From Cyanobacteria bacterium J06626_4 (lineage in GTDB: Bacteria > Cyanobacteriota > Cyanobacteriia > Phormidesmidales > Phormidesmidaceae), in NCBI GenBank assembly GCA_038523235.1, contig JBCBJQ010000094.1, positions 1 through 23,408 of the forward strand: a DNA stretch of 23,408 bases. Direction: 5' to 3'. This document shows positions 18,302 through 23,408 of the stretch, piece after piece; the first letter of the stretch is position 1; each line of letters starts with the position of its first letter. The notes under the pieces were generated by a model, which was not told the origin of the DNA, ran no database searches, and worked only from the letters and a program-made list of their open reading frames with translations. The translations under genes were made by a program, and so were the position numbers.

Positions 18302-18319
18302 CGACATCATTAAATTCCT

Positions 18320-18337
18320 GTTACAGTACGTTACATA
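18320..18337 (+). promoter_or_regulatory. HLR1-like (RpaB-binding) direct repeat
   Basis: GTTACAGT-AC-GTTACATA matches (G/T)TTACA(T/A)(T/A)-N2-(G/T)TTACA(T/A)(T/A) with one mismatch, 37 bp upstream of the next ATG. Confidence 0.6.
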
Positions 18338-18374
18338 AGAGGTTTAATGGTGAGTGTAGGCAATTGCCATTTTT

Positions 18375-18665
18375 ATGTTGCTTTTAATTCTCGTCGTTGT
18401 CATTGGATTAGTCGCTTGGGCTCTACGCCTGATGGAGCAGGCTATCCAGAGTCAAGAATTTTCGTTCATGCTGGCGGGCTTTTTGGTCGCTTCCTCCGCT
18501 GTCGCCATGATGACCGTTTATTTTTTGATGACTGATTACATGCTTTACCTAGATCAGTCAGTCGGCATCGCCACTGCCGAAAGCTATTTGGCTGATGGGC
18601 AGGAAGCCTACGCCTATCTACAACAGGCACCCGCGATCACGAATCAAACTGTCGTGCAAAATTAG
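18375..18665 (+). CDS. Small hypothetical membrane protein (two hydrophobic helices)
   Basis: 96 aa; hydrophobic segments LLLILVVVIGLVAWAL and FMLAGFLVASSAVAMMTVYFL; followed by a terminator-like hairpin. Confidence 0.75.
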   Translation: MLLLILVVVIGLVAWALRLMEQAIQSQEFSFMLAGFLVASSAVAMMTVYFLMTDYMLYLDQSVGIATAESYLADGQEAYAYLQQAPAITNQTVVQN

Positions 18666-18695
18666 CGCTTCAGCTTGTATCAACCAAGATTTATG

Positions 18696-18739
18696 AAAAG
18701 CCTGATGCTGATCTTAAAGAATCGACATCAGGCTTTTTT
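18696..18739 (+). terminator. Rho-independent terminator-like hairpin
   Basis: AAAAGCCTGATG (18696-18707) / CATCAGGCTTTT (18726-18737), with the T6 run ending at 18739. Confidence 0.7.
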
Positions 18740-19318
18740 GATCTTCATGTATCAACCGCTAAACGCCAGACTGTTGGGCATATCCCAGATTTGCCAATCC
18801 ATCAATGTGTTTAGAGCGGGCATCTTGCCTGCGAGCAGAGCCATAGCAGAGGGTAGTACGAAACGGTGAATGCCCCGCTGCACAACGTCATGCACATCGA
18901 ACACTACCGCGATCGCAGCCCTGCAATTGCCTGTTCAACATCTTGACGGTGCTAATAGCTGACACCGATCAGGCGCAGAAACCCGCCTTAAACCGGCAAG
19001 TCAAAGGCTTGCCAACTCCCTCGCCTGCACTCTTTTAGGCCGTCCACTCACGTCCCAACAAATTGATGCGTTTGCCGGCCAACGCGCTACGCCAAATGCA
19101 TCCAAACGTCATGGAACACAATTTCCTGACGGCCAAGCGTCATGAGCAGAATATTCATGTAGTTCTCAAAACTACCAGGCACTTCGATCCGCTACGAGAC
19201 ACTTCACCTCACTGGCGCTAGCTACCAGCTGCTCATTGAGGCTTCAGAGGAGATATCAGCAAACTAAGTGCATCAGCGCCAACTGTTGTGTATTTTTTTC
19301 AAATAAGGATGTTCCATC

Positions 19319-20257
19319 ATGCAAATTACAGCTCCTCACAATGCCCTCGACCTGGCAGGCTACTTACACCCAAATCCCAACTACTTTCAAACTCGACAGC
19401 GCCTTAAATATCTCGCTGAGCGCTACCTCGCCCCCAATGTGCTGACGGATCACCTCACCGATCTGCCCCGCCAGTTCACCCATCCTCATCAGCGCCGTTG
19501 GGAAACATTTGACTGGTCGGCGATCGCAGTCAACCAAATTGTGGGCTTAGAGCCTCAGCTGTTTACCAGCATGATTGCGGCATCAGCCGAAGTTGAGGCC
19601 CCCATTCGGGCCTATGCCGAAATCACCCGTGAGTATTTACAAAGCGTTCATCCTGAGATGACCCGTTTCGTGAGTGGGTCTTACGACGAAGCGGGAAATT
19701 TGATTGAAGTCGGGGTTTGGGAAAAAGAAGAACGCCAGCATGCCCCGATTTTTTGCAAGATTTATCAGCAACTGGTCGGTAAGCCATTAGTTCCTCAGAG
19801 CAATTCCATTACCGAACTCGCTCCGGTCAGGACGCCGGTCGAAGCCCTCTACCGACATGCTGTGCGACGTATTACAACCGAATGGAGTGCTGTTTCGGTT
19901 TATCTCTGGCTGATGGCTCACTCAACTGGAGCGTTACAACAGGCGATCGCCCAACCCCTGCAGGACGAGGTCAATCACCTGGCTAAGTTTTGGGGCATGA
20001 CTCGCTGGGGGTTTGGTGACTCCGTGCAGCGTCGCCTCCTCACCATGGCAACCCAGACTTTAAACATGTTTGATCATCATCAAGGCGATCGCACAACCAG
20101 CAAAACCATCGTTCAGCTATGCAACCTCCAATCCGGAGCGGAACTGGCCTATATTTTTATTCGCGTCCTGCGGCAGATGTATAGCTGGAATGCTCACCTG
20201 CAACCCGAATCACTCGAAGGGTTGTTTGGGCGACGTCCCGTCCTCAAGTCTGTATAA
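19319..20257 (+). CDS. Ferritin-like diiron-carboxylate protein (acyl-ACP desaturase-like motif pattern)
   Basis: E...EExxH...E...DExxH pattern: EVEAP..Y, WEKEERQH, TTEWSA, QDEVNH; AAGGA RBS upstream. Confidence 0.8.
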   Translation: MQITAPHNALDLAGYLHPNPNYFQTRQRLKYLAERYLAPNVLTDHLTDLPRQFTHPHQRRWETFDWSAIAVNQIVGLEPQLFTSMIAASAEVEAPIRAYAEITREYLQSVHPEMTRFVSGSYDEAGNLIEVGVWEKEERQHAPIFCKIYQQLVGKPLVPQSNSITELAPVRTPVEALYRHAVRRITTEWSAVSVYLWLMAHSTGALQQAIAQPLQDEVNHLAKFWGMTRWGFGDSVQRRLLTMATQTLNMFDHHQGDRTTSKTIVQLCNLQSGAELAYIFIRVLRQMYSWNAHLQPESLEGLFGRRPVLKSV

Positions 20258-20329
20258 ACCCTCCTGGAAGAACCGTTTCAGTGGGTTAGCATTCAGGGCA
20301 GCGGCATGACGCATGCTGTCAGCGGCAAT

Positions 20330-20356
20330 AAAAAAGGGGCCAATGGCCCCTTTTTT
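20330..20356. terminator. Bidirectional Rho-independent terminator
   Basis: AAAAAAGGGGCC-AAT-GGCCCCTTTTTT between the convergent ferritin-like and desC genes. Confidence 0.9.
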
Positions 20357-20394
20357 GCTTCAGGTAGGAGTTTTCCAATCTCCCGAGTGTCTGA

Positions 20395-21213
20395 CTACGA
20401 GCCGGCCACCTTGACCTTGCGAGCTAAGCCCAGCACTTGCAGCAGACGAATGTGCAACCACGTGACATCAATTTCCCACCATTTGAGGCCGTGACGAGCC
20501 GAGTGCTGATAAGCATGGTGGTTGTTGTGCCAGCCTTCGCCGTAGGTAACGAGGGCCACCCACCAGCAGTTGGTGGAAGTATCGTCGGTGTTGTAAGTGC
20601 GATAGCCAAACTTATGGGTGGCGCTATTCACAAACCAAGTGCAGTGATACACCACCACCAGGCGAACAAAAATACCCCATACCACAAACGGCCAGCCGCC
20701 CATCAGATAAAGGACGATGCCCAAGGGCAACTGCATGGACAAAAAGTATTTTTCAAAAAATTTGTAAACCGGATCATCCGCGATGTCGCGGGTAAATTTG
20801 TGGATCTCATCTTTCGCCGGGACTTCTCTGAGCAACCAACCCATGTGGCTCCACCAGAAACCTTTGCCCGCATCATGGTGATCGTTCGGCTGATCAGAAT
20901 ACCGGTGGTGATGGCGATGTAGCCCAATCCACACAATAGGGCCATGCTGGCAGGCTAGCGTGCCGCAAACCACAAAGAAATACTCTAGCCACTTAGGCAC
21001 TTCAAAGCTTTTATGGGCGATCAACCGGTGCCAGCCCAGGGTAATGCCGAGGCAGCCAGTAATCCAGTGCAGCACCAGCGCCACACCCACAGCGGCCCAA
21101 GTCGTGTTACCGGGAATAAAAGCCAGCAAGGCCAAGCCGTGAATCGCCACCATAAAGAGAGTGGTCGGCCAATCGACAGTCGGTCTATCTAAATTTCGAA
21201 TAGCGGTTGTCAT
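20395..21213 (-). CDS. desC: Acyl-lipid delta-9 desaturase
   Basis: His boxes HRLIAH, HRHHH and GWHNNHH; GFWWSHMGW, NSATH and WWEIDVTW; ATG 21213 (MTTAI) preferred. Confidence 0.95.
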   Translation of the reverse strand: MTTAIRNLDRPTVDWPTTLFMVAIHGLALLAFIPGNTTWAAVGVALVLHWITGCLGITLGWHRLIAHKSFEVPKWLEYFFVVCGTLACQHGPIVWIGLHRHHHRYSDQPNDHHDAGKGFWWSHMGWLLREVPAKDEIHKFTRDIADDPVYKFFEKYFLSMQLPLGIVLYLMGGWPFVVWGIFVRLVVVYHCTWFVNSATHKFGYRTYNTDDTSTNCWWVALVTYGEGWHNNHHAYQHSARHGLKWWEIDVTWLHIRLLQVLGLARKVKVAGS

Positions 21214-21294
21214 GCACAATTTCTCAGATTTTGGACAGGAAGATACCAACTCACAGGAGAATAAACTCTACACAGCATAGACATTGATTCCCCG

Positions 21295-22545
21295 ATGAAT
21301 TCCCCAGACAACGTTCAAGTCTCTGAGGTCGCACTCTCCCAGATCTTTTGGCAGATTGACCTGCAGGTCAAAGCCAATCTGAGTCGGGTGCTGGCAGCCA
21401 TGGGTAAGCACCGGGTAGGCAGTCACCATTTTGCCAGTGTGTCTGGCTATGGTCACAACGACCTGGGCCGCGCCACGTTAGATCGCGTCTTTGCCGATGT
21501 CATGCAGGCAGAAGCCGCAGCGGTCAGAGTGCAGTTGGTTTCAGGAACTCACGCGATCGCGTGTGCCTTGTTTGGCGTTTTGCGTCCTGGTGACGAACTG
21601 TTGGCCGTGGCGGGCTCGCCCTACGACACCTTAGAAGAGGTGATCGGGCTTCGGGGTAATCACCAGGGTTCCCTAAAAGAGTTTGGTGTTACTTATTGTG
21701 AACTACCCCTTACTATAGACGCTTCCGTTGACTGGGAGAGCCTAGGGCAGGCAATAAAACCCAAAACGCGGATGGTGCTGATCCAGCGATCGTGCGGCTA
21801 TAGCTGGCGGCGCAGCCTGACCATTGCTGAGATTGAGCGCATTGTGCAGGTGGTCAAGCAGCAAAATCCTCACACGGTTTGCTTTGTCGATAATTGCTAT
21901 GGCGAATTTGTGGAAGATCGCGAACCGACCGCTGTCGGGGTGGACTTAATGGCGGGCTCACTGATCAAAAACCCCGGCGGCACGATCGCGACCACTGGCG
22001 GTTACCTGGCCGGACGCGCAGACCTGGTTGAAATGGCCCTCTGTCGCCTAACTGCCCCCGGCATCGGCAGCAGCGGCGGGGCCAGCCTCAATCAAAATCG
22101 GCTGTTGTTTCAGGGCTTGTTTCTCGCGCCGCAAATGGTGGGGGAAGCCATGAAGGGCAATGCGCTGATCGCCCACACCTTTGAGCAACTCGGCTACGCG
22201 GTGCATCCCCCGGCAGCAGATTGCCAGCGCGACGTCATTCAAGCGATCAAACTGGGCTCCCCCGAAAAACTAGTCGCTTTTTGCAAAGCGATCCAGCAGC
22301 ATTCGCCGGTGGAATCTTATGTAGAACCCATCCCGGCGGGCATGCCGGGCTATGACAGCGAGCTGGTCATGGCAGGCGGCACCTTCATCGACGGCAGCAC
22401 GTCAGAACTCTCTGCCGATGGCCCCCTGCGAGAACCCTACGTGGTCTATTGCCAGGGCGGTACCCACTGGACGCATGTGGCGATTGCGATCGAAGCGGCA
22501 GTCAAGGCAATTCAGCGGTTGAGCATCGAATCAGCAGAGGCATGA
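21295..22545 (+). CDS. PLP-dependent methionine gamma-lyase family / aluminium-resistance (YnbB-like) protein
   Basis: GYGHNDLGR, VSGTHAI, PYDTLEEVIG, QRSCGYSWR, DNCYGEF, AGSLIKNPGG (PLP Lys) and MAGGTFIDGST. Confidence 0.92.
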   Translation: MNSPDNVQVSEVALSQIFWQIDLQVKANLSRVLAAMGKHRVGSHHFASVSGYGHNDLGRATLDRVFADVMQAEAAAVRVQLVSGTHAIACALFGVLRPGDELLAVAGSPYDTLEEVIGLRGNHQGSLKEFGVTYCELPLTIDASVDWESLGQAIKPKTRMVLIQRSCGYSWRRSLTIAEIERIVQVVKQQNPHTVCFVDNCYGEFVEDREPTAVGVDLMAGSLIKNPGGTIATTGGYLAGRADLVEMALCRLTAPGIGSSGGASLNQNRLLFQGLFLAPQMVGEAMKGNALIAHTFEQLGYAVHPPAADCQRDVIQAIKLGSPEKLVAFCKAIQQHSPVESYVEPIPAGMPGYDSELVMAGGTFIDGSTSELSADGPLREPYVVYCQGGTHWTHVAIAIEAAVKAIQRLSIESAEA

Positions 22546-22820
22546 AATTTGAGTGGGATTTGTCAAAAGCGGCCGCCAACCTAAAGAAGCACGGTGTTAG
22601 CTTTAAAGAAGCTCAAACTGTGTTTGAGAAACCGCTGGCAGTCATCTTCGACGATGAAACTCATTCTGCTGAAGAACGTCGAGAAATCATCATCGGTCAC
22701 TCTCAACAAAATCGACTATTACTGGTCGCCTTTAGTGAACGATCAAACCGTATCCGCATCATCAGTGCCCGTTTAGCCACTCGTCAGGAACGTGAGGATT
22801 ATGAACAATCTGCCCTCTGA
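22542..22820 (+). CDS. brnT: BrnT family toxin (DUF497)
   Basis: MKFEWD..KAAANLKKHGVSF.EA..VF, HS..ERR..IIG and IRIISARLAT..ER..Y; true start is ATG 22542, not 22449. Confidence 0.92.
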   Translation: MKFEWDLSKAAANLKKHGVSFKEAQTVFEKPLAVIFDDETHSAEERREIIIGHSQQNRLLLVAFSERSNRIRIISARLATRQEREDYEQSAL

Positions 22821-23019
22821 GAACTCACCGCCTGCCGCAGATGAGCTTTTAGATGAATATCGCCTTGACTATACAAAAGCAAAGCCGAATCGATTTGCAA
22901 CTCATGACGACTCGCAGAAACGGATCGTCGTCGTTTTAGATGAAGATGTGGCCCAGGTATTTACCACTCCTGAATCAGTCAATCGGATGCTGAGAGCACT
23001 AATCGAATCAATGCCATAA
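22801..23019 (+). CDS. Putative antitoxin partner of BrnT (BrnA-like, possible C-terminal ribbon-helix-helix)
   Basis: 72 aa, overlapping the toxin 3' end; DELLDEY.LDY...KPNRFA and VVLDEDVA..F...ESVN..LRALI; GAGG RBS. Confidence 0.75.
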   Translation: MNNLPSENSPPAADELLDEYRLDYTKAKPNRFATHDDSQKRIVVVLDEDVAQVFTTPESVNRMLRALIESMP

Positions 23020-23220
23020 GCCTCCGCCAGCTAAATCTTCAGGATCTGTGATGCAATTGAAGGCATTATTTATCTGCAGGTCTTACGCAGCAAGGGATTG
23101 CGCCAACGTCAATCACAAGAGCCCTGAAAGTCATACACAACAAGGAGTTCAGCCTCTAAGTTCTCTCAGGAGCATACTAAATCCTGAAGAGCCACGCCCT
23201 TTTAGTTCTTCAAATCAGAT

Positions 23221-23408
23221 ATGCCAGAATTTTCTCTACCGGAAAAAGCATTAGAGCCATTTGAGCAGCCCAATAATCCTTTATTGATAACCACTGCGAT
23301 GTTAGATCGGTTTCTAGTGGAAACCTCTGATTTAGAGTTAGAGCCCTCGGAAAGGTTGAGGTGGTTGGCCATCAATATAGAGCATGATCAGTTTGCTGAT
23401 GGATGGCT
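23221..23408 (+). CDS. Hypothetical protein, 5' part (runs off the window)
   Basis: Not in the ORF track. ATG 23221 is open to the window end: MPEFSLPEKALEPFEQPNNPLLITTAMLDRFLVETSDLELEPSERLRWLAINIEHDQFADGW; no clear RBS. Confidence 0.5.
   Translation, partial: MPEFSLPEKALEPFEQPNNPLLITTAMLDRFLVETSDLELEPSERLRWLAINIEHDQFADGW

Larger units (their letters stand above)
929..21560. repeat. Dispersed HIP1 octamers (GCGATCGC)
   Basis: At least 30 copies counted by eye (first 929-936, last 21553-21560), a cyanobacterial hallmark. Confidence 0.92.

Noticed and set aside
19066..19221. 51-aa ORF MRLPANALRQ...SPHWR upstream of the diiron gene
   Set aside because: No RBS and no motif; cannot be distinguished from a random ORF.
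23048..23254. 68-aa ORF after the antitoxin
   Set aside because: No motifs, and it overlaps the more protein-like frame starting at 23221.
1..23408. CRISPR array, transposase, integrase, tRNA or rRNA
   Set aside because: No regularly spaced repeats and no corresponding motifs were seen anywhere in the window.

Overview
Mostly core-genome window from a GC-rich cyanobacterium (at least 30 HIP1 GCGATCGC octamers, plus chlG, petP, a Get3d-type ArsA and desC). In order: a truncated Zn-ribbon/TM ORF, a two-gene M16 peptidase pair, 6S RNA downstream of purK, an SLH protein, LOG, a DUF1537 sugar-acid kinase, hslO, a MazE/MazF pair, a DUF815 AAA+ ATPase, a class A PBP, chlG-Get3d-petP divergent from hisF, a small membrane protein behind an HLR1-like site, a ferritin-like diiron protein convergent with desC, a YnbB-type PLP enzyme, a BrnT toxin-antitoxin pair and a truncated ORF in lower-GC DNA. 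The most striking observation is an intact MazEF-like operon in which the toxin's catalytic Arg/Thr and the antitoxin's DNA-binding residues are all substituted. Also notable are an acyl-ACP-desaturase-like diiron enzyme sharing a terminator with desC, a Get3d lacking its P-loop lysine, and several candidate regulatory or mini-element structures. All family assignments come from motif recognition, not database searches.
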